Positions 20,360-30,925 of a DNA stretch of 64,000 bases are shown piece after piece. A program made the translations under genes and the position numbers. Origin of the DNA: Pirellula sp. (GTDB taxonomy: Bacteria; Planctomycetota; Planctomycetia; Pirellulales; Pirellulaceae); contig JBKCUW010000002.1 of assembly GCA_046318275.1 (NCBI GenBank), positions 897 through 64,896 of the forward strand, in the 5' to 3' direction. The notes under the pieces were generated by a model, which searched no databases, was not told where the DNA came from, and worked only from the letters and a program-made list of their open reading frames with translations. Numbering within the stretch: position 1 is the first letter of the stretch; the number at the start of each line of letters is the position of its first letter.

Positions 20360-21061
20360 ATGCCTGTTACCGATACCGCACTTCGCCGATTGCACGAGAT
20401 TCTGTTGCAAGTCGCCGACATTCGAGGACAAATCGAACGGGGGCCCAAGCAGATCAAAGCAGCCCAAAGTCAATTGCAAGTCGCCCGGGATGCATTGGCC
20501 CAATGCAAGGAAGCGATTAAGCAAAAGCGGATGGAGGGAGATCGCAAGCAATTGCTACAGCGAGAACGTGAAGCGAAGCTCTACGAGTGGCAGGGTAAGT
20601 TGAACGCGGCAAAAAACAATCGCGAGTACCAAGCGGTCAAAGACCAAATCGCGGCTGATACCCAAGCCAACAGTGTTCTCTCGGATGAAATTCTCGAGAT
20701 CCTGGAGTCTATCGACGCGCTTCAAGCGAAGAGCGTCGAGCTCGAATCGAAACTGAAGGTTGTCGAGTCGGATACAGCAAAGACAGAATCGAGGATTCAA
20801 GAACGACTCGTCGTCCTCAAGCAGGAACTCGCTCGAGTAGAGGCAGAGTTGAAGGCGGAAGAAGCGAAGATCCCGGCTGATTTCGAAGACACCTATCGCC
20901 GATTGGTCGATAGCCGTGCGGAAGAGGCGTTTGCTCCTCTCGATGACAAATCGTGTGGCGGTTGCAATACGGGACTAACCCTGAAACTAATCGATCAGTT
21001 GCGCATGGGTACTCCCGCCCTATGCTCCAGTTGCGGTTGCTTGATCTATCGCCCAGCTTAG
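20360..21061 (+). CDS. coiled-coil + C4 zinc-ribbon protein (DUF164/CT398-like)
   Basis: Long coiled coil with NNREYQA, then CGGC...CSSC. Confidence 0.88.
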   Translation: MPVTDTALRRLHEILLQVADIRGQIERGPKQIKAAQSQLQVARDALAQCKEAIKQKRMEGDRKQLLQREREAKLYEWQGKLNAAKNNREYQAVKDQIAADTQANSVLSDEILEILESIDALQAKSVELESKLKVVESDTAKTESRIQERLVVLKQELARVEAELKAEEAKIPADFEDTYRRLVDSRAEEAFAPLDDKSCGGCNTGLTLKLIDQLRMGTPALCSSCGCLIYRPA

Positions 21062-21114
21062 TAATTTTGTCTTCTTCGATTCTCGACCGAAAACCTCCCT
21101 TCGATAGGTTCGCT

Positions 21115-23802
21115 ATGGCAAGTCTTCTAGGGGAAACTATGGTTGGGGCAGGGGATCGGGAGGTGGCGCGTCTGATCGCGGGGCTTCCCGGTCATTTAGT
21201 ACCGCGATGCCGGATTATGCCTCGGGCGCGAGTGAACCGGTCGACCGTTGTAACCCCTCCGCCATCGAGCCCAATCCTCTACTGGACGCATCATGCGTTG
21301 AGGGTCGACGAAAATCCTGCCCTGGATGTGGCTATCCAGTTAGCGAATGCATTAAGGCGGCCGCTTTTGGTCTACCAAGGTCTAAGTCAATCGTATCGCT
21401 ATGCATCGGATCGGCATCATCTCTTTCAGTTGCAAGCCGCATGCGATCTGGCAAACGCCTACCAGAAGCTCGGTATTCGCTACTCGCTGCATCTTGAACG
21501 GGGAAAGAATCCTCCCCCGAGCCTATTGCAATTGGCCCGTTCGACCGACATCCTGATCACCGACGATTTTCCTGGCGAGCCCACCGAGCGTTGGGCAAAA
21601 CGTCTGGCGATGCTGCCTCACTTGACAATCATTGCTGTCGATACGGCATGCGTGGTCCCGATGCAGTTGGTAGGTCGAGCCTATGATCGTGCATTTGCGT
21701 TTCGGGATGCGACCAAAAAATGGTACGCCGAGCGTGTTCCGATGGAGTGGCCTACTGTTCATGAGACCCCGAAAATTTGGGACGGCTCGTTGCCGTTTCC
21801 TGAAACGTTGATCCTAGAAGAAGATCTCGATTCTGTCGTAGCAGCATGCGATATTGATCATAGCATCCCAGCAGTGGCAGATACGCCGGGAGGGACCGTT
21901 GCCGGGTATGCGCGCTGGAACGATTTTCTGGAAACGAAGATCCACCGTTATGCATCGGGCCGAAATGATCCATGCCGTTGGGTTTCCAGCCGGATGTCGG
22001 CTTACTTGCATTACGGCATGGTGTCACCGATGCGCTTAGCGAGAGAAGCTTCTCGCTTGAATGCAGAAAAGTATCTCGAGGAACTCCTGATTTGGAGAGA
22101 ATTGGCATACAACTATTGTTTCTACCGAGACGACTATACAAGTGTCCTCACCCTCCCGAAGTGGGCGATAGAAAGCCTCGAAGCCCATCGTTCGGACCCT
22201 CGTCCGGCGATCTATTCTTGGGAAACACTTTCGCGTGCCAAGACGGAAGATCGTTTGTGGAATGCATGTCAGCTAAGTCTGTTGAGGCATGGTGAGCTAC
22301 ACAACAATGTCCGAATGACATGGGGCAAAGCGATCCTCAAATGGACTCGCAATGCGAGTGAAGCCCTTGCGTTGTTGATCGATCTGAATCATCGCTATGC
22401 GCTCGATGGTCGTGATCCGGCATCGTACGGAGGAATCCTTTGGTGCCTTGGTCAGTTCGATCGCCCGTTTGAGCCTGAGCAACCGATTTTGGGTGTCGTG
22501 CGCGACCGACCGACGCAGGAGCATTTGCAGAGGATCAAAATCCAGGCTTATGAAACGATAGTGACTCGCCCCATCAGCAACTTTCCTGCCAAGATTGCCA
22601 TTGTCGGTGCGGGAGTTGCTGGAGCATTTTGTGCCAGAACGTTGGCCGATCAAGGGCTCGATGTTGAACTGTTTGATAAGTCGCGTGGTCCGAGCGGTCG
22701 ATGTGCCACAAAGCGTTTATCGATCGAAGGTTCAGGAATCCTTCAGGGGAGTTCTTTGGGACTGGATCACGGTCCTCCTTACTTAACGTTGCGAGATAGC
22801 AAATGGGGACCTTGGATACAGTCATGGCAGGACGATGGGCTTATTGCTCCGTGGCATGGAACGTTCGTCGAGATCGATTCCCAAGGAATACGGCCTGCAC
22901 CTAGAGAAGGTGTTCGTTGGGTTGGGATTCCAGGCTTGAATCGAATTGGCAGAAAATTAGTGGAGGGACTCACGGTAAACTACGAGTCCACTATCGCAAA
23001 GGCGACTGAAGAAAACGGACGATGGTTACTTGAGTTGGATCCAAAGGCAACCGTGAATAGCGACACCCTCGCGAGGTCATTGGCAACTTCAAGTTCGTCA
23101 CGATCGAACCGTTTTGGCCCCTTTGACATTGTCCTCTGGAGCACGCCACCTCAGCAATTGCTTCCGTTGGTTCCGGCGAGCTGCAACTGGTATGGGGATC
23201 TTTCGTCGCACGAGATGTCGCCGTGCTGGGCATTGATGCTGGTGTTGGAAAGACGTTGGGAATTGCCTTTTGACGGGGCCAGAGTATTCGAATCCGAGAT
23301 CTCATGGATGGGAAGAGAATCGAGCAAACCAAAGAGGTCTTCGGACTTGGATTGCTGGGTGATTCATGCTTCGCCCAAGTGGTCCAGGTCCAATCTTGAA
23401 CTCGATCCTGATGGTGCTTGCCAGCGATTGCTGGCAAGCCTACAGCGGAGTCAAACTATCGAGATGCCACCAGTGATTCATTCCGTCGCTCATCGGTGGA
23501 GATACGCCCAACCGCGCTGGTTGACGGACAGGTCGGTCACCAGCCGATCGACACAACCTACGCGATTGGCACCAACGGTGACATCGCACTGCTTTTGGGA
23601 TCCTGCGAATCGGATGGGAGCGTGCGGCGATTGGTTAGCGCCAGACGGGATAGCTGGCGGGATTGAAGGGGCTATGAGCAGCGGTGTTGCACTGGCTGGC
23701 CGAGTCCTCCGTTGGCTTACTAAGCATGGGGCATGGGTTGCTACCGGGAGCGCCGACCGAGGGTCATCTGGCGGATTCAAACAGATGGAATTGTTTGAGT
23801 AA
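21115..23802 (+). CDS. class II CPD photolyase fused to renalase-like FAD-dependent oxidoreductase
   Basis: N-terminal part: YW..ALR..NPAL, SRMSAYLHYG, LDGRDP. C-terminal part: GAGVAG, DKSRGPSGRCATKR, HRWRYA, CGDW. One uninterrupted ORF; start is 21115 or 21139. Confidence 0.88.
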   Translation: MASLLGETMVGAGDREVARLIAGLPGHLVPRCRIMPRARVNRSTVVTPPPSSPILYWTHHALRVDENPALDVAIQLANALRRPLLVYQGLSQSYRYASDRHHLFQLQAACDLANAYQKLGIRYSLHLERGKNPPPSLLQLARSTDILITDDFPGEPTERWAKRLAMLPHLTIIAVDTACVVPMQLVGRAYDRAFAFRDATKKWYAERVPMEWPTVHETPKIWDGSLPFPETLILEEDLDSVVAACDIDHSIPAVADTPGGTVAGYARWNDFLETKIHRYASGRNDPCRWVSSRMSAYLHYGMVSPMRLAREASRLNAEKYLEELLIWRELAYNYCFYRDDYTSVLTLPKWAIESLEAHRSDPRPAIYSWETLSRAKTEDRLWNACQLSLLRHGELHNNVRMTWGKAILKWTRNASEALALLIDLNHRYALDGRDPASYGGILWCLGQFDRPFEPEQPILGVVRDRPTQEHLQRIKIQAYETIVTRPISNFPAKIAIVGAGVAGAFCARTLADQGLDVELFDKSRGPSGRCATKRLSIEGSGILQGSSLGLDHGPPYLTLRDSKWGPWIQSWQDDGLIAPWHGTFVEIDSQGIRPAPREGVRWVGIPGLNRIGRKLVEGLTVNYESTIAKATEENGRWLLELDPKATVNSDTLARSLATSSSSRSNRFGPFDIVLWSTPPQQLLPLVPASCNWYGDLSSHEMSPCWALMLVLERRWELPFDGARVFESEISWMGRESSKPKRSSDLDCWVIHASPKWSRSNLELDPDGACQRLLASLQRSQTIEMPPVIHSVAHRWRYAQPRWLTDRSVTSRSTQPTRLAPTVTSHCFWDPANRMGACGDWLAPDGIAGGIEGAMSSGVALAGRVLRWLTKHGAWVATGSADRGSSGGFKQMELFE

Positions 23803-23929
23803 TCGGTTGTATTGCCAAGTTTTTGCCGACAGAAGAACACTTAAAGAACGGAAACGAAGGTTGCAGTAACGTCCGCAACGATTGCTTGGAGCATCCGAGG
23901 AAATATCGGTTGTGTCGTGTGGAATTGCA

Positions 23930-26119
23930 CTAAACACGACGTCCGGGGCGATAGCCAGTCCCGGGTTTTCCTCCCGAGCCACCGCTTTCCCGTTGCTTCT
24001 TTTGACTTCCCTTTTTCTTCTTTGAGCTTGGCGACGAAGATGCCGCGTTGAGGGTATCCCGCGTTCCGCCATCAGTCACTTTAGGAGTGTCGGATTTGGG
24101 GGATCCTGCTGGAGAGTTGTTAGGAATTGTGTGGACGTATTCTCCACGGAATCGTTTGTTGGCATCTTCGCGACGGCGTTCGACGGCTTCTTTCGGAGGT
24201 CTTGAAGGGATCAAGCAATCGCAACCATCGCCGATCAAGTCGCTTCGTCCTGCTTCTCGCAATGCATCTCGAACCTCGAAGTAATTCTCCGGTTTGAAGA
24301 ATTGCATCATCGCACGCTGGGATTTGCGATCCCGCAACGCCTTGGCGATGTAAACCTCTTTCAAGGTGAAAGGATCTAGCCCTGTGTAATACATGCTGGT
24401 CGCGACATCGAGCGGCGCAGGGATAAAGTCTTGGACTTGATCGGGTTTGTAGCCGTTTCGTTTGAGGAAAACCGCCAGTTGGATCATCGACTCGATCGAA
24501 CTTCCCGGATGGGATGCGATGAAGTAGGGGATGATGTATTGTTTCTTGCCGGCTGCCGTCGAAGCATCACGGAATTGTTCGGTGAAAAACTCAAAGTCGT
24601 CGTTTGCGGGTTTGCGCATTTTGTAGAGGACATCGGGATCCACGTGCTCAGGTGCAACCTTGAGGTGCCCACCCACGTGATGCTGTGTTAGTTCTTGGAT
24701 GTACTCTGGTGACTTCCTAGCCAAATCCATTCGAATACCGCTGGCGACGAGCACCTTTTTGATACCGGGTAATTCTCTCGCCTCTCGCATCAATTGAATG
24801 ACGGGAGTGTGGTCCACTCCGAGTAGCTTGCAGACTTTGGGGTGGACGCAGGATTGGCGTCGGCACATCGCTTCTACGTCGGGTTTGGTACAACGCATGT
24901 GGTACATGTTTGCCGTCGGTCCACCGATATCGCTGACGATTCCTTTAAAATCCTTTTCCGTCGACATTTGTCGGATCTCGCTCAGGACCGACTCCTTGGA
25001 TCGCGATTGGATAATTCTGCCTTGGTGAGCCGTAATGGAGCAGAACGTGCAGCCCCCAAAGCACCCTCGCATGATCGTTACCGAGTTCTTGATCATGTTG
25101 TAGGCAGGGATAGCCTCTTTGTAGCTTGGGTGGGGACGACGGGTGTAGGGAAGCCCGTAGATGCGGTCCATGGCTTCTTGGCTTATGGGGAGCGATGGGA
25201 TGTTGCACACGATCGCTTGATTGCCGTGCATCTGCACCAATCGCCTTGCGTTCAGCGGATTGGTCTCGTTGTGGATCATCCGGGTGGCGAGCGAAAATGC
25301 AACCTTGTCGGTGGAGACTTCATCGAACGAAGGCAAAACTAGCGCGTCCTCTGGAGGCGTCTCAGATGCCCCTAATGCGTACGCGACACCTCGCATGTCG
25401 CGAAGATCTTTTACCGATTCGCCCGCTTCGAGCCGTCTCGCCATTTCGACAATCGAGTTCTCTCCCATGCCGAATGCAACCAAATCCGCCTTGCTATCGA
25501 GCAAGATACTCCGTCTTACTTTGTCGCTCCAGTAATCGTAATGAGCCAACCGCCTGAGGGATGCCTCCACCCCACCGGCAATTACGGGGACTCCTTTGTA
25601 GGCTTGGCGAGCCCGCTGGCAATATGCAAGTGTTGCACGATCAGGACGCAGCCCGATTTTTCCACCGGGTGAATACGCGTCGTCGTTACGTACCTTTTTG
25701 TTTGCGGTGTAGTGGTTGATCATGCTGTCCATGTTGCCAGCACTGATCGCAAAAAATAGTCGCGGGCGGCCGAAGGTCTGCCATGCCTCGCACGACTGCC
25801 AGTCGGGTTGGCTGACAATTCCAACGCGATAGCCTGCCGCTTCTAAGACTCGGCCGAGGATCGACATGGCAAAACTGGGGTGATCGATGTACGCATCGCC
25901 CGTGACAAACACCACATCGAGCTCATCCCAACCCCGAGCTCGCGCTTCCTCCATCGACATCGGCAGTGGAGCTTTGGCCAATGGCCCGTGCGGCTGCCGT
26001 TCGCCCAGGTTGTCCAAATATCGAGAAACGATGTTCCCGGACGCGTTCGCTCCAACCGACGAGCACTCGCCCGCAGCGATTGGGTCGGCGGGAGATAAAA
26101 CCGGAAGTTGTTTGGACAT
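23930..26119 (-). CDS. YgiQ/UPF0313-family radical SAM protein
   Basis: VTGDAYIDHPSF, RGCFGGCTFC and QVQDFIP. Start placed at ATG 26119. Confidence 0.92.
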   Translation of the reverse strand: MSKQLPVLSPADPIAAGECSSVGANASGNIVSRYLDNLGERQPHGPLAKAPLPMSMEEARARGWDELDVVFVTGDAYIDHPSFAMSILGRVLEAAGYRVGIVSQPDWQSCEAWQTFGRPRLFFAISAGNMDSMINHYTANKKVRNDDAYSPGGKIGLRPDRATLAYCQRARQAYKGVPVIAGGVEASLRRLAHYDYWSDKVRRSILLDSKADLVAFGMGENSIVEMARRLEAGESVKDLRDMRGVAYALGASETPPEDALVLPSFDEVSTDKVAFSLATRMIHNETNPLNARRLVQMHGNQAIVCNIPSLPISQEAMDRIYGLPYTRRPHPSYKEAIPAYNMIKNSVTIMRGCFGGCTFCSITAHQGRIIQSRSKESVLSEIRQMSTEKDFKGIVSDIGGPTANMYHMRCTKPDVEAMCRRQSCVHPKVCKLLGVDHTPVIQLMREARELPGIKKVLVASGIRMDLARKSPEYIQELTQHHVGGHLKVAPEHVDPDVLYKMRKPANDDFEFFTEQFRDASTAAGKKQYIIPYFIASHPGSSIESMIQLAVFLKRNGYKPDQVQDFIPAPLDVATSMYYTGLDPFTLKEVYIAKALRDRKSQRAMMQFFKPENYFEVRDALREAGRSDLIGDGCDCLIPSRPPKEAVERRREDANKRFRGEYVHTIPNNSPAGSPKSDTPKVTDGGTRDTLNAASSSPSSKKKKGSQKKQRESGGSGGKPGTGYRPGRRV

Positions 26120-26307
26120 AGGGGGTTGCGTTAAAACGTGGTTGGGGCCGACACCGCGATCCATCCATTGTAGGCAGCACCCCTGATTCGTCACGTACAA
26201 AACTAAGTCAAAGGCCTCGTTTTTGACCGACAGTCTCGCCATGTTTGCACGGCAAAACCGTCCCATTCGTTCTGTTTAATGGAGCCAGTAAGCGTTGGCT
26301 GAGCCAA

Positions 26308-26970
26308 TTAGCTGAGCCATTCCTTCATATCCCCCAATCCTGCAACGATCAGCAGGATCGAAATCATGAGTAGAGCGACCCCTAAACAGTACCAAACCGC
26401 CGATCGTTCCCAACCGGCTGTCCCCGCACGCAGTCGCACCTCCGCTTGGAGTCCCTCGGGTCGGCTGACGAGTTGCTCGAGTCGATACCAACCGATCGGG
26501 TCCTGTGTCGATCCACCAGGGCTCAGCGAGCTCGCACTATCGGAACGATTTGCGCTTTCGACGATTCCTACAACTCCCATCGCTGGGATTCTCAATGCGT
26601 TTTCCATCCACTGATGCTCGATTTTTTCTTCGTTTAATCGTCTCTCGATGACTGACTTGAGCTCCTTGGCCCCAAGTCCTATCACGGTCCACGACGGGCG
26701 GCGATTCAATGCGATGAATAGCACGATAAAAAAATAGAGGGCTCCCAAGCAAAGCCACGTCCACTCCCCAAGTACTGCATATGCGGCGTTTGGAAAGAAC
26801 AACTCCATCGGCCCAATGGTCACAAAGCCAGCGATCGCAAATCCGAGCAGCAAAGTTTCTTGGCCGGCATTCAAAAGAGTCGGACGTTTGCGGACCATCA
26901 GGCCTGCATGCACCAAGACGTACAGCCCGAGCGGGAGTAGTGCAATTCCCAACCTGAAATAATCGATCAT
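26308..26970 (-). CDS. hypothetical membrane protein
   Basis: Three N-terminal and one C-terminal hydrophobic helices. ATG 26970. Confidence 0.7.
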   Translation of the reverse strand: MIDYFRLGIALLPLGLYVLVHAGLMVRKRPTLLNAGQETLLLGFAIAGFVTIGPMELFFPNAAYAVLGEWTWLCLGALYFFIVLFIALNRRPSWTVIGLGAKELKSVIERRLNEEKIEHQWMENALRIPAMGVVGIVESANRSDSASSLSPGGSTQDPIGWYRLEQLVSRPEGLQAEVRLRAGTAGWERSAVWYCLGVALLMISILLIVAGLGDMKEWLS

Positions 26971-26995
26971 GAATCGTTGACCTGTTTTCGCCTTT

Positions 26996-27994
26996 TTACG
27001 GATCGCAATGAACACATCGGATTCGCGGTAAAAAACACTGCCCCATGTTCATCGCTTCGAGTCTTAGCCGCCTCGGACCACAGCATTGCTCGCATGTGCC
27101 AGAGATCCTGTTCCAGTCCCATAGATCGACGGTTGCGATGCGATGCTCTGACGACAAACCCAAATCCATGGCGTCCATGGTGTCCTCAAGTTTCTTCGCT
27201 TCAGGAGGTTGCCATTGCCCGCTGGCGATCATTGTATCGGTAAAACCATTTCCAGGTCGTGTAGGAATAATGCTGCATCGCTCGATTCCACAGGAAAAGG
27301 CCCATTGGCAACTCTTCACGGTCCATTCGACCGAAGTAGCAGGTGCACTACCAGGTGGCTGCAGCAACACAAACGCGCGCGATCGGATTTCATTGTCTCG
27401 AAGGAAGCGGCACGCATCGGCAAATTGCTCCAGTGACATTTTCTTATTGAGCAGGCGAACCGCTTCGGGTTCGATGGTTTCGAGCCCCATCGCTAGTTCG
27501 AGTTCCCCATCGAGTTGTTCTTGGAATCGCAATATTCGCTGCCGAACGTTCGAGGATCCGAGCATCGCTGCATGGTTCTCTACAATCACTCGATGGAAGC
27601 CGTAGCACAGTGAGGCAATTGTGTCGTGATCTTCTTCGGGAACATTGGCGGTGTCAAAGAAATTGGAAGCATTGTAGAGCTTAAGCCATCTTACTCCTCG
27701 CTCAATGGTATTGTGCTCCTGGTGCAGTAATTGGATTTGGCGAGGCAGGCTACCTACATCGGTACGTTCACCTGTCGTGTATTTCCAAAGATCGCACATC
27801 GAACACGTATAACGGCATTCGGAGCCTGTTAGAAAATAGGTTGCCGTTGGGATGATGGCACTCCCAACGTGTGGTTCATCCTCAAACAGGGCCCCTTGAG
27901 GAACGCCGCGCGTGACACGATCGAACGTTGGTTGAGCGACTGTAGTTCGAAGCCCTCGAAGTTGCTCGTTGGTTAGAGGTTGGCTTAGATCCAT
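26996..27994 (-). CDS. radical SAM protein, TIGR01210/RaSEA (Elp3-like) family
   Basis: ECRYTCSMCDL (CxxxCxxC), KLYNASNFFD, ELAMGLET, RAFVLLQPP and C-terminal Cys pairs. Confidence 0.75.
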   Translation of the reverse strand: MDLSQPLTNEQLRGLRTTVAQPTFDRVTRGVPQGALFEDEPHVGSAIIPTATYFLTGSECRYTCSMCDLWKYTTGERTDVGSLPRQIQLLHQEHNTIERGVRWLKLYNASNFFDTANVPEEDHDTIASLCYGFHRVIVENHAAMLGSSNVRQRILRFQEQLDGELELAMGLETIEPEAVRLLNKKMSLEQFADACRFLRDNEIRSRAFVLLQPPGSAPATSVEWTVKSCQWAFSCGIERCSIIPTRPGNGFTDTMIASGQWQPPEAKKLEDTMDAMDLGLSSEHRIATVDLWDWNRISGTCEQCCGPRRLRLEAMNMGQCFLPRIRCVHCDP

Positions 27995-28875
27995 TTCAAG
28001 CTCGCCACATAGATCGAAGCTGCGATGAGATCGGCAATCGTTCCAGGATTTTTACGCTCTGTCGGAAGCCGAAGGTAGTCATCGAATTCTTTCCAAGCGG
28101 TTTCAAATTCAGGAGAGCCGAAAGGACCGCTGCCGATCACCTGTTGAGCCCTCAATTTTACTTTGTCACCGATCGCCATTCCCAGTTTTCTGACAATCAA
28201 ACTATCAGCGCGGCTGGCCAGCAATTCCAATTGCAAGCGACGGATCGCTTCCGGCCACGTTGAACCTTGATTTCGCAACTCGAGCAACCGAATCGCACCC
28301 TCGTAGACTTGTGAAAAACCATTGGTGTATTGGAGTGCTATATCGTCCCATACGGATGCAATTCGCATGGCATCGAGAATCGACGTCGGGGCATTCTCGG
28401 AGACATCTGCCACTTTGGAGCGACCCAGTCCACCAGGCTGAGCGATTCGGATAGCCTCATAAATCGCTGCGCAGTCATTCGAATCGCTGCGTGCGAGCAA
28501 CTGCTGGATCTCATCGGATGCACGCTGAAAACCTGCGTCATGATTTCGATATGACTGGATCGGTGACGAGTCGCATTGTGTGGACGGGGCCGATTTCTCC
28601 AGGTTGTTTGTGCGCGAGAGCGGGACGAGAAGCAGAATGGTTCCAAGGCTTGTATTGAGTTGGACGGCATCGAGCATGGCTTTGGTGCACGCAAGGATCG
28701 ATGAGCCCACGGAGTCATTGGCGGTTGCATCGACACACTGTCCGATCGCATGCGCGGCGCGTTCGAAATGTGTGAAATTCATGTCGGGGAACGAAGCGTT
28801 CGGATGGACATTCCCCAGCTTGATCGCCGACGCCTCATGAAAAATCGAAAAACAAACGCGTTGGCCAGGTGTCAT
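27985..28875 (-). CDS. CitG-like triphosphoribosyl-dephospho-CoA synthase family protein (orf7-type)
   Basis: E..A.KLGNVHP, NTSLGTILLLVPL, IRIAQPGGLG and NPGTIADL. Confidence 0.85.
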   Translation of the reverse strand: MTPGQRVCFSIFHEASAIKLGNVHPNASFPDMNFTHFERAAHAIGQCVDATANDSVGSSILACTKAMLDAVQLNTSLGTILLLVPLSRTNNLEKSAPSTQCDSSPIQSYRNHDAGFQRASDEIQQLLARSDSNDCAAIYEAIRIAQPGGLGRSKVADVSENAPTSILDAMRIASVWDDIALQYTNGFSQVYEGAIRLLELRNQGSTWPEAIRRLQLELLASRADSLIVRKLGMAIGDKVKLRAQQVIGSGPFGSPEFETAWKEFDDYLRLPTERKNPGTIADLIAASIYVASLKWI

Positions 28876-29061
28876 GGCGGCTCGGCCCCTTAAGAGTGCA
28901 TACGAAGACCCGGGTAGACTATCATAGTATGGATGTTTCGGACAGTTCGTTGGACACCCTTGGTATGCGTAAGCCTCACGGCCCCTATGAAGGTGTGTAA
29001 ACGTCCCACTGTTTGGATTTCCCCACCGATATACCCTGTCGAGAAATAGGCTTGAACGAGG

Positions 29062-30882
29062 ATGGAGAAGCGATCATTCCCGAGGCGAAGATTCCTGGCC
29101 GGCTCCATGAGCGGTATCGGATTAGGGCTTTCAGGGATTTCAGGGACAGGGTTGACATTAACTCACCCCCACAAGAGCTTTGGTTGTCTACCCGATCGGC
29201 TGACGACCAACATGGCCGCTGCGACAGTCCATCCCTTGGCGACTCAGGGAGCTATGGAAGCGATGAGGCAAGGAGGGAATGCGATCGATGCAGCTATCGC
29301 AGCAGGGTTGGTACTCGGGGTTGTTGACGGGCACAATTCGGGGCTCGGCGGAGGATGTTTGATCAATGTTCGATTGGCCAATGGCAAGATGCTTGCGATC
29401 GATGGTCGTGAGACGGCTGGTGCTTCCGCCCATGCGAAGATGTTTGTACGCAACGGCAAAGCCGACGCGAGCTTGAGCCAAACCGGCCCACTGGCCAGCG
29501 CCGTTCCCAGTCAACTCGCGGCCATGCATCGACTGCATAAGGACTTCGGGAGGCTACCGTGGGAGCAGCTTTTCGAATGGGCGATTGCAGCGGCTGAGAA
29601 TGGTATGCCTGTGTCGAAATCCACCGCACGTACTCTCGCAGCTGAAAAGGATGACTTGCTCAAGTTCGCCGCTTCTAAGGATATCTACATCAAGCGGGAT
29701 GGAAGTACACCGAAAGAGGGTGAGACGCTTGTCCAAAAAGATCTTGCATTTACCTTGAAAGCAATTGCGAAAAATGGGCCTGAGTGGTTTTATCGTGGTC
29801 CATTCGCGAAATCTTGTTGCGAGTATCTCGCGAGCCTCGGAGGAATCTTGACCGAGACCGATTTTCGCGAGTATCAACCCGTGGATCGTTCGCCGGTAAT
29901 CACAAAGTATCGCGGGTTATCCGTGGTAGGTTTCCCCCCACCCAGTTCCGGTGGCTACCACATCGCACAGATGCTATCGATGCTCGAGGAGTATCCGCTC
30001 AAGGACTGGTATGAGAACAACCCAACGCTTTATTATCATCTTCTCACGGAAACGATGAAGCGAGCATTTGCTGACCGCGCGTTTTGGCTTGGGGATAGCG
30101 ATTTTGTTTCGGTCCCTAAGTCCTTGCTCGACCCGGCATATTTGCATTCTCGTATGCAAGACTTTTCAACCAGCGCGGCTACATTGGGCGTTGAGCGAGG
30201 ATTACCACCTGGTGCGGATGAGTCTCGTTTTGGCACTGCTCATGGCGATGGCAATGACCCTAAGAAGGGACCAGATGATTCAGGCAAGCATACCACGCAT
30301 TTGACAACAGCAGATCAGGAAGGGAACTGGGTTGCCATGACCTGCACCGTCAATACATCCTGGGGAAGCAAAGTGACCGTTCCGGGGACGGGAGTGATGC
30401 TCAACAATGAGATGGATGATTTTAGCATCGCGCCTGGGACCCCAAATGCTTTCGGCTTGGTAGGCTCTCAAGCCAACGCGGTTGAGGCGAGAAAGCGTCC
30501 ATTATCGAGCATGAGCCCGACAATAGTGCTCGATGCCGAGGATAAACCATTGGTTACCTGCGGAGCTGCCGGCGGGCCAAAAATCATCAACGCTACGTTG
30601 CAAGTTCTGCTCCGGGTGATCGACTTAGGACAGTCGATCGATGTCGCCATCGCAGCGCCACGCGTTCATCATCAATGGCGACCGGACCAATTGCAGTTAG
30701 AGTCGGCGGTGGGAGCCGGGACTCCCCACGCTATCGCTTTAGAGACCATCGATGGATTAAAGCGATTGGGGCATCCACTCAAAGAAGCTAGTGGTTTGGC
30801 GATCGCCCAAGGCATCCAGCGCCGTGGAGATCGATTGATCGCTGCGCATGATCCACGCGCCCAAGGATTATCAGAAGCGTAG
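29062..30882 (+). CDS. ggt: gamma-glutamyltransferase, Tat-exported
   Basis: RRRFL twin-arginine signal, GGNAIDAA, HTTH autocleavage Thr, LSSMSPT and GAAGGPKI. Confidence 0.95.
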   Translation: MEKRSFPRRRFLAGSMSGIGLGLSGISGTGLTLTHPHKSFGCLPDRLTTNMAAATVHPLATQGAMEAMRQGGNAIDAAIAAGLVLGVVDGHNSGLGGGCLINVRLANGKMLAIDGRETAGASAHAKMFVRNGKADASLSQTGPLASAVPSQLAAMHRLHKDFGRLPWEQLFEWAIAAAENGMPVSKSTARTLAAEKDDLLKFAASKDIYIKRDGSTPKEGETLVQKDLAFTLKAIAKNGPEWFYRGPFAKSCCEYLASLGGILTETDFREYQPVDRSPVITKYRGLSVVGFPPPSSGGYHIAQMLSMLEEYPLKDWYENNPTLYYHLLTETMKRAFADRAFWLGDSDFVSVPKSLLDPAYLHSRMQDFSTSAATLGVERGLPPGADESRFGTAHGDGNDPKKGPDDSGKHTTHLTTADQEGNWVAMTCTVNTSWGSKVTVPGTGVMLNNEMDDFSIAPGTPNAFGLVGSQANAVEARKRPLSSMSPTIVLDAEDKPLVTCGAAGGPKIINATLQVLLRVIDLGQSIDVAIAAPRVHHQWRPDQLQLESAVGAGTPHAIALETIDGLKRLGHPLKEASGLAIAQGIQRRGDRLIAAHDPRAQGLSEA

Positions 30883-30925
30883 CGGGGCTCTCGCGAGCGT
30901 TCTCGTGGCAGCCTCGAATCCATTG

